64,000 bases of DNA from Dimorphilus gyrociliatus (taxonomy: Eukaryota; Animalia; Annelida): positions 2,598,165 through 2,662,164 of the forward strand of contig CAJFCJ010000005.1 of assembly GCA_904063045.1 (NCBI GenBank), written 5' to 3'. Numbering within the stretch: the first letter of the stretch is position 1; every line of letters starts with the position of its first letter. This document shows, in pieces, positions 1-10,784 of the stretch. Both the position numbers and the translations under genes were made by a program. The notes under the pieces are model-generated. The model saw only the letters and a program-made list of their open reading frames with translations. It was not told the DNA's origin and made no database searches.

Positions 1-555
1 AAGAAACATAATAAGGAAAGAATTTTGCCACCAATAGTATGTCTAACCTGTAAAGCTCTGAATTTATGTCATGATTGTATCGACAAAGATCATACTAATA
101 GTCTTTGTAAAATTGTTTCGGAAGGAAAATTACTTGACCAATCGAAAGCTATAAGGCAAAAATTTAAGAATGAATTAGAAAACTATAGGAACACTGTAAA
201 GGTTGATGTGGCCAAAATTCAGAGCTCTCTCAGAGAAGTTGAATGTAAATGCCGAATAATAGTTGATAAGTCAATTGCTGATTGTAATATTTCAATTGAC
301 GATTATGAAGAGGCTATGACTAGAAATTTTAAATCTATTCAAGATATATTAAATGATGTTTTCATAGATGATGATCAACTTTTTGGACGGCTAGTTTCTG
401 ATTCTGTTAGAAAAGTTAACTTTGAACAGAATCCTAGTTTTGCAATTGATACTAAAGTATACGAAGAACTAATTAAATATACCGATAAGAATAATGGATT
501 GAATATACTAAAGAAAATATTGAATATCTTTAGAAAGAGTAATTATAACAATTGA
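1..555 (+). CDS. TRIM-like B-box + coiled-coil protein, 5'-partial (frame open from base 1)
   Basis: Frame reads KKHNKERILPPIVCLTCKALNLCHDCIDKDH (B-box C/H pattern), then a helical coiled-coil region. It aligns by eye with the B-box/CC of the 979..1845 gene (CEKHKEAVIFPNLVCVTCKVKVYCCSCIDNDH). Confidence 0.75.
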   Translation, partial: KKHNKERILPPIVCLTCKALNLCHDCIDKDHTNSLCKIVSEGKLLDQSKAIRQKFKNELENYRNTVKVDVAKIQSSLREVECKCRIIVDKSIADCNISIDDYEEAMTRNFKSIQDILNDVFIDDDQLFGRLVSDSVRKVNFEQNPSFAIDTKVYEELIKYTDKNNGLNILKKILNIFRKSNYNN

Positions 556-978
556 AAATGATGACGAAATTTAACGAAATATTCAAAAGCTTTCTACTTG
601 AATATTTTACAAATGACAAATAACGAACGATTTACTATTCTATCCTCTTTTCTAATATCTTCAATGATCTATAATAATGTTAATAAAACACCGTCATTTC
701 TTTTATAAAATTCTCTAACATTTGTTTACTTTAAAGCGTTTAGTTAAAAATATTTTTATAGGCTTATTTCGTTTTAAAATGTAACTTCTCCGAAGTAAAT
801 TGGTGTCTTTAGAACATTCCTTCATATTTTAGAATGTATAGACAGCTACTCAATAAGTTGTTTATACAATTTTTTATGGCTCTTGAATGAATAATACTCA
901 AAGTTTAATGAGAAAATGATACTACTCTTCAACTGATTTTTTATTGTGATTGAATGTTTTTAATCATTTGAACTCAAA

Positions 979-1845
979 ATGTCGAATAGAAAAGAAGAAC
1001 GGATGAAAAACACCGCGCAAATGCCGCCTAAACGCCTTTTGTTTACAGTTGATGAAAGGAAATTGGAGTGTAGAATTTGTCTTGACTCCTGGCTGAAAAG
1101 AGAACCGAAAGTATTGTCTTGCCAGCATACTTTTTGCCGTGAATGTTTGGAGAGCTTGGGTGGTCAGTTTTACCTGACTTGCCCTCTTTGTCGAGCTTCT
1201 TCTTATCTGCCGACGGCAAGTGTTGATAATTTACCTGATCATTTCCTCTCTAAATCATTAATTAAATTTCCGAGAGAGGAGAAAGCTCAGATTAAATGCG
1301 AAAAACATAAGGAAGCGGTAATTTTTCCCAATTTGGTATGTGTAACGTGTAAGGTAAAAGTTTATTGCTGCTCGTGTATTGACAATGATCACTCGAGTAC
1401 AAAATGTAAGATAAGATCGTTCGAAAACCTTAATATGGAAATGAAAGAGAAAAGAAAAAATTATCATTATAATTTCAAAGTCAATACTATGCTCCTTCGA
1501 GGAAATTTGAGAGAGACGAGAGAAGATGTTGCTAGAATTCATAGTTCTTGGTCTAAGCAGATTGATAAAATGTTTAAGAGTATCAGCGATAAAGTAGACG
1601 AATTTGAACAAGTTAAATTAACTTCAATTGATAATTTACTAAAGAAAATTGATAACGTTTTCTTTGATGAAGAAGAAATACAAAACGAGATTCAAGAGAC
1701 TACGAAAACTACTCTAAGAATAAAGAAACCTCAGGTTATGCTAAATTTAAATCTTGTCTCGCAAATCTTTTCCGGAAGTCCAAGTTTAAATGGAATGAGA
1801 ATCAACATTAGCCCACGAAAAGGAACTCAATCTTATCAATTATAA
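979..1845 (+). CDS. TRIM-family RING/B-box/coiled-coil E3 ligase, single exon, no C-terminal effector domain
   Basis: C3HC4 RING CRICLDSWLKREPKVLSCQHTFCRECLESLGGQFYLTCPLCR, then B-box, then coiled coil; stop at 1845. Confidence 0.85.
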   Translation: MSNRKEERMKNTAQMPPKRLLFTVDERKLECRICLDSWLKREPKVLSCQHTFCRECLESLGGQFYLTCPLCRASSYLPTASVDNLPDHFLSKSLIKFPREEKAQIKCEKHKEAVIFPNLVCVTCKVKVYCCSCIDNDHSSTKCKIRSFENLNMEMKEKRKNYHYNFKVNTMLLRGNLRETREDVARIHSSWSKQIDKMFKSISDKVDEFEQVKLTSIDNLLKKIDNVFFDEEEIQNEIQETTKTTLRIKKPQVMLNLNLVSQIFSGSPSLNGMRINISPRKGTQSYQL

Positions 1846-2170
1846 ACCTATATGTCTATGTGAACGTAACTAAAACTACTCAATATCTATAATATATGAA
1901 TATTCATTGAATTCTTTTATTGAATATGCATAATTAATTAATTAGTTCAGTTTTTTTAAAACTGTGTCCTCTGCATTGTATTCAACTCTTACCCTTTTCC
2001 CCCTTACTATTTACATTTAAAGAAAGATGTCCTATTAATGTATTTCGTTGGGAACTTTTAATATAATTAATAAGCATTCCGCTTTATTCATTTAGAACAT
2101 CTTACAACGTAAATATAAAAGCTATTTATAGCCACAATATTTAACAAATAACATCCATCGATATATTCAA

Positions 2171-3294
2171 TTATTGAATATTAGTTTCCAAAGAACTTGC
2201 TCCAGTGACATTTTCATCAGATACTCGAATCTTCTTACATCGATACCTTTGAATTTCTTTACGAAAACTTTTATTCATAACCACAAAAATAAAGAAATTT
2301 GTTCCAGAATTTAATGATGTTGATAAAACGGAAAAACGAAATAAGATGCTCATTCCTCTTAGGCATTCTCTACTATCATGCAACGAGAAACTCAATTCGA
2401 AATATGCCATTAACACTCTTATTGCTTGGATTGAATGAGTAATGAGAAAGCATACGTTTATTGTAATAAGAGATTTTGTCAAGCTTGAATGCCTTATTCG
2501 TAGCCTTTTATTTAAAGTCTAAAAGATGATGATAAATGAATATATACATATTGAGTATTTTTTAACTGATAACGTTAACGTTAACTTACCTTTACAATCG
2601 ATATTGTCATAAATGAAATTAGAATTGAAGGTAGAATTAATTGTAAAACCCATTCTTCAAATATTAAATATATTCGATAGCTTTTATATTTTTTGATTAA
2701 AAATGATTTCATAAGCCATTTATTTATTCTTGAATTAAATTCAAGGTGAAAATCCCATCCTCTCACTATACTTAGTAGAAATGATGTTATGATAATAAAC
2801 GATTGACTTATAATTGTTTTCGTTAAAGTAAATAGTTTACTACGAATTGGATGACAAACACCTAAATATCTTTCGAAAGTTATTAATACCGTTTGCCAAA
2901 TGGTGGATAAAGCTGCAATGTTATATAAAGGAATACCAATTCTAGCGTTGAAATATGTAAATGTTTTATTTGAATAGCCAATATAAATAAACAAGTGACT
3001 TATACCAAACATAGTACAATTTGATAGTAAAAACAAACAATCAGCTAACTCCAATCCAATTAATAAATAGATAGTATTAGATCTATTTATCCCAGATAGG
3101 AAAATTATAATTGATAATAGATTTAATATTATCCCAAATATGCAAATGAAACATATTATAGTTCCAAAGATTAACGTTGATATGAAAGTACAAATCTCAG
3201 AATCATCTGTTATGTTAAAAGACATAATTTCCAATGATGATTTTATATGGAATAAACTTCCTTTTATATATTGTGTATAATTGGCTTTTTTCAT
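2171..3294 (-). CDS. Class A peptide GPCR (FMRFamide-receptor-like), 2 exons
   Basis: The two ORFs join through a GT-AG intron at 2589..2519 (SIVK|TLNKRL). Seven hydrophobic segments, TM1 GIILN, TM2 LELAD, FERYLGVCHP (DRY variant), TM7 NSGTNFFIF. Start is ATG 3294 or 3225 (MSFNIT, with an N-glycosylation sequon). Confidence 0.85.
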
Positions 3295-3870
3295 TATTGC
3301 CACAGACGACACTAGCAGTATTTATATTGTCCATAGAAAAACTTATAATGAAATGAAGACTGAATGTGTGAAATATAATCTACAAAGAAAGATAAACTTT
3401 TCGCTCAAAAAGCCTACTTTCATCTAGTATTTGTTGATCATTTAACATTCTTTATAACTTCCATTGAAGATACTGTTTAACTCTCAGAATTTCCGTCTTT
3501 TTTTCTTTATTTTACTATGTCATTAGTATATTTTATACGAACTTCCCAAGTTTCAAGTTTTCTAACAGTTTACTACTGTCTTTCTTTTTATTTAGTAATT
3601 TCTACTTTATAAAAGTTTCTGACAATTTAGATGAATAATACTTAAAAGCCTAACCTCGTCGACAATAGGTTGAATATAAGTCTACCGATTCAAAGCTCAT
3701 GAATTATTAAAAAAAGAATTCCTTTTTTATTCATAAAGTGGTACTGGAAAACCTATAACGTGATATGAGAGTTAGTGACCTCTAAAAAGTGTACTATATC
3801 TGTTTCGTCGTTATTAGTATGGTCTTGAACAATCTAGAAAACTCTGTCATAACCCAGTAGTATTTTGGAT

Positions 3871-5777
3871 ATGAAAATCTTATCAAGATATTTCTATTAT
3901 TCTCTCTTTTTAGCTGTACAAGGACCACCGATAAACTGTGGAACTATCCCTTCCAAGTTTGGTCTGGCAGCTTCGAAATATTCTCATCAGGAAAATACCG
4001 ATGTTTACTTTATTAATCTGGAAGCAAAAACTTATAAGGTAAGAATTCTAATTTTTTGACAATTATTATCTCTATTGTGTATTCATTATTTAGACAATAA
4101 TCTCTATCGACAAGCGAATCTACCATATAAACTATAATCCAAATGATGAGCATATATATATTTATATTAGTAGTCAATTATACAAATTCCCTTTGGCTGA
4201 CGCTATAGATAATACCATAACTGGGAATTGGAATAATTATATTATACCGACAAGTACTTCGGAGTATATATACTACCTTGCCCAATTTATCGATATTTAT
4301 GGGAACGTGATATGGTCTGGTGAAGATAGTTCTAATTCCAAAATAGCTGTATCTAGCTTGGATGGTAACCATAAAAGCGTTGTTGTAACGGGTGAAAGAC
4401 CTCTGTCTTTAGCTGTTAATCCTTTTAATGGAAAATTGTATTATTATTTCGAGGATGGTGCAAACCCAACTCACGAACTTATCAGAAGAGATCAAAGTGG
4501 AAATAACCGAGAGCTGATAATGAATGGAGTTCACATTTCATTTAGTATGGATTACAGTACAGGAACCTTATGGGTAACAAACAACGAAAATAAAGTGTTT
4601 ACGATTGATTCTTCCGATAACCTTCAAGAGATTGGGGAAAATAGTAAAATAAGAGGTAAATTGGCTGGTATTGGCCAGGATAAAACAAAGATATATTTCA
4701 GCGATATCTTCGATCCAAATATATATTCAATTCTAAAGAATGATGTATCAGTATCTGAGAAAGTTGTTTCGTTATCAAAAAGTATTGGTACACTTACAAT
4801 ATATGATTCAGAAACCCAACCATTGCAAGGTTTGTCCTCTATAACATAATACGTTTTATGTTATCCTTTTTTGTATTCTTCAGCTTCTCCTCAACCACCT
4901 TGCTATAATCAAAATCCCGGAAAATGCTCCAATGGAATATGTGTTCCCACTTCTTCGTCTACGTCTACGTGTTTATGCGATATTGGAGAAACTTGTTCAT
5001 CAGCCACGAATGATCCACATATTTTAGTGCATGTTGAAGGAATCTCTCTTCCTCTTTGTTTTGATATCGAAGGAAAGGACGGAGATGTTATTAGTCTCTT
5101 CCAGCATCAATCTTCACGGTCGGAACTTCGAGCTCAGTTAAGAGGAGATCAATATTTTAAAACCTTTTATTTTACTACTGAAGGAAATCAACTCTTTTTT
5201 ACCACTACTAAAGTCATAATTAATGGAGAAGTGGTTAGTAAATGGCCAACAACCAGACCAAAACATATAAATCTTCCAAAGTTACAAATTAAAGTAAGTT
5301 ATACGTTTTAATAGTTTGACAACTTCCTCCCAAAATTAGAAATATTTTCATCTAATAATTTAGAGCTTGGGTACTACTAAATTTGACATTGAACATTCCA
5401 AATGGACAATTCGTATTGAATATGTTCAAAAGTTCCTTCCATATCTAAATATATATCTAATAAAGTTAAACGAAGATGGCAATATTTTTGAAGGAATGAT
5501 TGGTAAATATCCAAAAATCTTATTATGAATTTTCAACATTTTCAGTCTATTTTCAGGTTCAATATATTCTCAGAATTTTACTTTATCTCTCAACCCACAA
5601 ACGAATAGTAGATCAATTATCACTGCCAAACATAAAGTACTTCCCCTGGACTATAGGCATATACAAGCCGTAAAGAGTATTAAAAGCGACATTGAATGTT
5701 GGATGACATCATCTAAAGATGAAGGACTTTATGTACAACCTTCCATTGAATATTTGTTACCTTGTATGACCTGTTGA
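3871..5777 (+). CDS. Secreted protein: signal peptide, LDLR class B (YWTD-like) beta-propeller, EGF, ITIH C-terminal domain; 5 exons
   Basis: Exons 3871-4038, 4094-4829, 4884-5293, 5364-5502 and 5557-5777 join in frame through GT-AG introns. Signal MKILSRYFYYSLFLAVQG. Propeller repeats LAVNPFNGKLYYY, MDYSTGTLWVTN, QDKTKIYFSD. EGF CYNQNPGKCSNGICVPTSSSTSTCLCDIGETC. Then DPHILVHVEGISLPLCFDIEGKDGDVISL, resembling ITIH DPHFIIHV...LCFNI...G.IL.L, with later EGMIG and ECW. Confidence 0.75.
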
Positions 5778-6008
5778 AGACATACGTGATGAAATTCAAC
5801 TGGTTAGGAGACTTATGACCGAAATTTTCTATTATAATTCTTATTGAAAATAAATAAAGGAATCAATAAAAAAAAACATTCATTCAAGTTTTTAGTTGTA
5901 TGGAAATTTTATGAAAAGAATAAATATATCGCAATTCAATGACCCCTATGTGAGTGGAGAGCCGAAAACTGTGGTTGAATGTTAAAGAGGTCACACTATT
6001 ATTCAGAC

Positions 6009-6099
6009 GTCTCCGTGGCGCAATGGATAGCGCGTCGGACTTCTAGTAGGCTAGAACGAGGTTATTCGGAGGCTGTGGGTTCGAGTCCCACCGGAGATG
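6009..6099 (+). tRNA. tRNA-Arg(TCT) with an 18-nt intron (6046..6063)
   Basis: Acceptor stem GTCTCCG/CGGAGAT, D-arm GCGC-AATGGATA-GCGC, anticodon TCT at 6042-6044, intron after position 37, T-arm GGTTCGAGTCC. Confidence 0.95.
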
Positions 6100-6105
6100 T
6101 ATATA

Positions 6106-6128
6106 TTTTTTTTGATTCTTTTTTTTTT
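6106..6128 (+). terminator. RNA polymerase III oligo-T terminator
   Basis: T8 and T10 runs immediately 3' of the tRNA. Confidence 0.75.
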
Positions 6129-6792
6129 ACATACAATTTCATTTTTCTCTTGAACACTCTAAGAAAGATTTAAATTACAGCAAAACGGTTAAAACTTTTG
6201 GGATGATCTAGAATTCCATTCTAGTTTTTTAACTTTTGATAATTGGCAAAGAAATATTTATTCGTCTTCTTCCCTTCTTTCTAATCTATTATCTTTAAAA
6301 AAAATGGCGTCAACATTTCCGGCTTCCGATATTTAAAGAATAATTTGACCTATTATTTTCTTGACACATACTCACAATATATTTGAAAGGCAGTTTTCAT
6401 CAAAATAAAAGTAAAATAATGTATAGAATTTACCTATAAATCCTAATATACAGTATATAAATACTATAACTTTAAGAAGTCAGTATAATCATAAAGTTTG
6501 CGCTTTTGCTAAAAGTCATAGAAAAAAGAATAAAGACCAAATTCTAGGTCATGTCTCTTTAGTAAAATCTAAATAAAAACTTTTCTATTTTTTTATGTAA
6601 AAACAATCATTACTCAAAAATATCCGACAACCTTTCATCTTTTATGAAGGATAAAATGACAGATGGCACTAATAATACTTTAATAGTGTGGTGCACAAGT
6701 AATCTGGTATACCAGGGTGTTTATAAAAAAAAAACAAAAGTTAACTTAATTACCTTTCAAAGAGTTAATTTCGCGTGCTTTTTTCATAAACA

Positions 6793-8244
6793 ATGGACAA
6801 AAACCAAATAAACTGTCTTATCTGCTTTAACAAAGTTGAAAGTGAGTTATGTAATAACCTTTCTTGTCGATATGGACATTTTTTTCATATTGCTTGCCTG
6901 GAAAAATTTGCACGTTTTAAACAAAAACGAAATAATGAATTTATCTGCCCAACATGTAATAAAGAGGGCACAAAGGCAAAACAGAATGTTAATACATCGA
7001 TAACTGTTGAAGATACTGACGATTCTTGCGATGAAGGTATGGATACGGAAACCCTGAAGAATAACCTTCACGACGACAACTGTAATGCAACAAATTTTGA
7101 AGAGAAACTTTTGAAAGAGATAGAGAAAATACAGGAAGATAAAAAAATTGAATTAAAGAAATTAGACCACGAAAAGAAATATTTAACGGCTGAAATTAAT
7201 AAAAAAGAGGCAATACTCAAAGAAGAATTGGAGTCATTCTATAAGGATAAGGAAACTAAAATACGTAATTTAATTGACGAGACTAAAACCTTTCAAAATA
7301 TTCAAGAAGGTATGACAAGTGCACTCTTTCAGAGTGGTCTCAATGATATGAGAGAGAAATTAATCAGTTGTATTGATCATAATATAAAGAGAAAAGCTGT
7401 ATTTAATAGGTCACAATCAGTGTTTATGGGTGAAATATTCTATCCTCATTTAGACGAACCAGCTAAACAATTCTGTATTCAATTAGATAGAATACCCACA
7501 AAAGTTGTATTTAAGAATCCAGGCTTTTACGCTCTAGTTCATATCGATGAACCTCAAAGGAGTGAAATAATTAATATAGAAATGAATAAGGTTATGATGT
7601 CATCAGAAACTGATATTGGCGATTTATCTAGAACCTATGATGGCAGACTATCATTTATATCCTTATGGAATGAAATCCCTACAATTTTCTTCTTAGATAC
7701 CTGTGGCATTGTAAATGGTTCTAGAGAGGTTTCATACTTGAATAAGAACGCTCCATTACCTTTATACTTTTATCTTAAAGATAATATCTGCTACTTTTCA
7801 ACAAGAATCTTACATGTTTATAATAAGCAGCATAATACCTACCTATTCTCTTTTATTCTTAAAGAAGATGTTAAGATATTCGATTCAAGAATAATTGAAG
7901 ATGACATCTATATTGTTGATTCTCGTCAAAAAGTTGTTTATTTCGATACAATTGGTCAAAAGATGATTGAAATTCCTATTTACTTTAAAGAAGGACCATT
8001 TTCATTCCAAAAAGATATTATATCCGAATTAAAAAATGGTAGCTTTATATTATCCAGTGGAGATTTTCTATTCTTCATTGATCCTATGGCGAAAACTGCA
8101 GTAGGTTTTAAAATGGACATAATATTTCCAGACGGTCTATTATTAAACTACTGCATGACGGATGAAGAAGTTATCTTCTGTGTAGCCGATCACGATGATG
8201 AGAGTAGACTTAAACTCAAATACTTTTCTATAAAACCTAATTAA
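6793..8244 (+). CDS. RING + coiled coil + divergent beta-rich (propeller-like) C-terminal domain, single exon
   Basis: CLIC...CRYGHFFHIAC...CPTC RING-H2-like pattern, charged coiled coil, then a beta-strand-rich C-terminus. TRIM-NHL-like layout but without a B-box. Confidence 0.7.
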   Translation: MDKNQINCLICFNKVESELCNNLSCRYGHFFHIACLEKFARFKQKRNNEFICPTCNKEGTKAKQNVNTSITVEDTDDSCDEGMDTETLKNNLHDDNCNATNFEEKLLKEIEKIQEDKKIELKKLDHEKKYLTAEINKKEAILKEELESFYKDKETKIRNLIDETKTFQNIQEGMTSALFQSGLNDMREKLISCIDHNIKRKAVFNRSQSVFMGEIFYPHLDEPAKQFCIQLDRIPTKVVFKNPGFYALVHIDEPQRSEIINIEMNKVMMSSETDIGDLSRTYDGRLSFISLWNEIPTIFFLDTCGIVNGSREVSYLNKNAPLPLYFYLKDNICYFSTRILHVYNKQHNTYLFSFILKEDVKIFDSRIIEDDIYIVDSRQKVVYFDTIGQKMIEIPIYFKEGPFSFQKDIISELKNGSFILSSGDFLFFIDPMAKTAVGFKMDIIFPDGLLLNYCMTDEEVIFCVADHDDESRLKLKYFSIKPN

Positions 8245-8566
8245 GTCTAGGAGAGGGATGCAAAAAATAACACTTTTTTATATATATTTTTGGTTCTGTT
8301 AGTCAAAGAAAAACCCGTTTTTTTTCCAATTTTTCATACTGTTTCTAGTGTTTCCAGTTGAATTGATAGTATTTAGGTTATTGAATTGTGTGTAGACAAA
8401 GGAAGAGAAGAGAGAGAGAGATAGCCAAACAGAGAAGAAATGAGAGAAAGTATGCCCAAGTACAAAATTATACCCTAGGCCTAATTTTTCAAATGTTTAT
8501 TACCATTCTATAATAAATGGAATAATATAAAAAAAAGTCGTTTTGTAATTATCACAAGTTATTTAT

Positions 8567-9976
8567 TTATAATGGAAAATATTTAAAAGTTAATTTATTC
8601 ATATTTGATAAGTTTTGAATACAGAATATTATTTCATTTCGAATGAAACGATAACATCTAAGATAACCATTCCTAAACATATTCTTTTGCGGTAATGCAA
8701 TCAATTTCTTTTCATATGGATCAACAATGAAAATCATTTCTTTATTCGTTAATAAAAAGTGGCCTCCTTTTAGTTTGTTTATTAAATATTCCTTTAATAA
8801 AAGTTGTTGATTTATAAGGAACACTGATATTCTTTTACCAATAAAATTTTCAATTATATCTTGACTAAATACATTATAGTATCTAACGTCAAATTCAGAT
8901 TGCAGAACATAAATAATATTGTCCTTAACCTTTAGATCAGTAATAAATTCAACTGACATACCTTTCTTAAATGAATAGAAATAGTTAAAGTTAGTGTTAT
9001 GTATTAATATTTCATTTTTTGGAAAAAAGCAAAAGATATTTTCTCCAGTTTTACCCACTTTTTCACTTAATAGAATAGACTGGTTATGACCTACAATATG
9101 TAAAAATAGAGGACTTTTATCAAGTGTATCAATAATGTAATTATAAGAATCTGATTTGGATTGATCTTTCCTTCTTGATAGAAAACATATTTGTCCTTTT
9201 TCTGTTACAGTTAAATCACGTATATTAAAATCCATAGCTTTCAGCGGGTAATATAATACTTCTTTTGTATCAAGATGAATTATCTCATCCTTAGTCAGAC
9301 CATAGAATCCGTCGTTATTCGATACTATAATAGATGGATATTCATCCAACTCCGTTGAATATTCAAAACTACTTTCTATACTTGTAACAGATAAAGGACT
9401 ATTTCCGATTCTAGAAGATTTACTACCAAGATTTAAACCTATTCTCTCTTCGTTAAATCTATTCAGAACAACTGTACCAGTTTTCAATTCGTTAATAAAT
9501 TGGTGTGCTTCAAAGAAATTATCTTTAAATAAGATATTTGTAATATCACATTTAAGTTTGTTCTTCATATACGAAATTTTCTCTTTAATAGAATTAAAAG
9601 GTAAAATTCTTGCACAAGTTTTTAAGTCGTTAATTTCTTGATTTATTTCTCCAATTTTCAATTCTTTTTCATCATAAAATCTCTCAATATCGGATAAATA
9701 TGAATTTTCCTTGTTTTCAATCATCGACATAAGCTTATTAATATTTTGATGAAAATTATTCAATTCCTTACTCCTTTCTCCTCTTATTTTCGTTAATTCC
9801 ATAGACAATTCCATTTGAAAATCTTCTAAAATATAATCAACATTTTCCATTTTATCTTCTTGATTTTTTTCGTATTTATTGGCTTTATCTTGTATTTTTT
9901 CTTGACATATTAACGTTTCGTCATTTTTCACATTTTCCCTTCTAGAAAGATTAATCATATATTTAGATGTAAACAT
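8567..9976 (-). CDS. RING-less paralog of the 6793..8244 gene (coiled coil + propeller-like domain)
   Basis: Shared motifs by eye: ERFYDEKELKI vs ESFYKDKETKI; GHFLLTNKEMIFIVDP vs GSFILSSGDFLFFIDP; C-terminal FKYFPL vs LKYFSI. First ATG at 9976. Confidence 0.7.
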   Translation of the reverse strand: MFTSKYMINLSRRENVKNDETLICQEKIQDKANKYEKNQEDKMENVDYILEDFQMELSMELTKIRGERSKELNNFHQNINKLMSMIENKENSYLSDIERFYDEKELKIGEINQEINDLKTCARILPFNSIKEKISYMKNKLKCDITNILFKDNFFEAHQFINELKTGTVVLNRFNEERIGLNLGSKSSRIGNSPLSVTSIESSFEYSTELDEYPSIIVSNNDGFYGLTKDEIIHLDTKEVLYYPLKAMDFNIRDLTVTEKGQICFLSRRKDQSKSDSYNYIIDTLDKSPLFLHIVGHNQSILLSEKVGKTGENIFCFFPKNEILIHNTNFNYFYSFKKGMSVEFITDLKVKDNIIYVLQSEFDVRYYNVFSQDIIENFIGKRISVFLINQQLLLKEYLINKLKGGHFLLTNKEMIFIVDPYEKKLIALPQKNMFRNGYLRCYRFIRNEIIFCIQNLSNMNKLTFKYFPL

Positions 9977-10502
9977 TAGCTTGCAATTTAAATTCTTCAA
10001 TCAGTCCATAAGAATTAAAGGAAAATTATTTTTGACAGTAAGTATTCATTTCTAGTAAAATTATCCTTGAGAAATAAGCTTTTGAGAACCGCCCAAATAA
10101 AGAAAGACCTTTGAGCCGATCATCCTACAAAACAAATTGTATTTCTAAACTATGGCTGTTCTGTACTATTACTTTTCTTGAAGTTATCTTCTCTTCTTTT
10201 GTTTCTTTTTGTTGAGAAAATGAAGTATATTATTGATAATCGTAACTTTTATATTGTACAACATTTTCAAGCAGTATGAATATTGACTTTTTAACTAAAG
10301 TAATTAACAGTGAAAACTTGTTTTTGAATACAATAAAAAACGATATCACTTTTGTTTATTACTCAAAGATATGGATGGACACCGTAAATATTTAATACAG
10401 TGAAAATTGGAATAATTTTCAAGTCATTGGGAAAGAAATCCTAAAGTGCGAAACTTCAGTTTCATTCTATTTCGAAAGTTCGAAGGTTAGGAGGTAAAAG
10501 AG

Positions 10503-10784
10503 ATGGAAAACCGAATAAATGGAAAGTTGGTAAAGATTTGCAGTGTTTGTGGAGAACACATTAAACCAGGAATATTTTGCTTTATTCCTTGTGTTTTATT
10601 TCATATTCATTGCGGAGTTTGTTTGGAAGAATATCGGATTTTATATGATAAAAACAAAGACCCTGCTATGGCTTGTCGTCCTTGTAAAGCTGGAATCCGA
10701 GCTGAAAATGACAATCACGACCCTAACTCCATTTCTTTTCTTGTTAGTGCTTTTGAAAGATTGAACTCTAATGAAATCCAATAG
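10503..10784 (+). CDS. Small stand-alone RING-like zinc-finger protein (93 aa)
   Basis: CSVC...CVLFHIHCGVCLEEY...CRPC. Same C-x3-H-x2-[HC]-x2-CLE spacing as the RING in the 6793 gene. Confidence 0.6.
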   Translation: MENRINGKLVKICSVCGEHIKPGIFCFIPCVLFHIHCGVCLEEYRILYDKNKDPAMACRPCKAGIRAENDNHDPNSISFLVSAFERLNSNEIQ

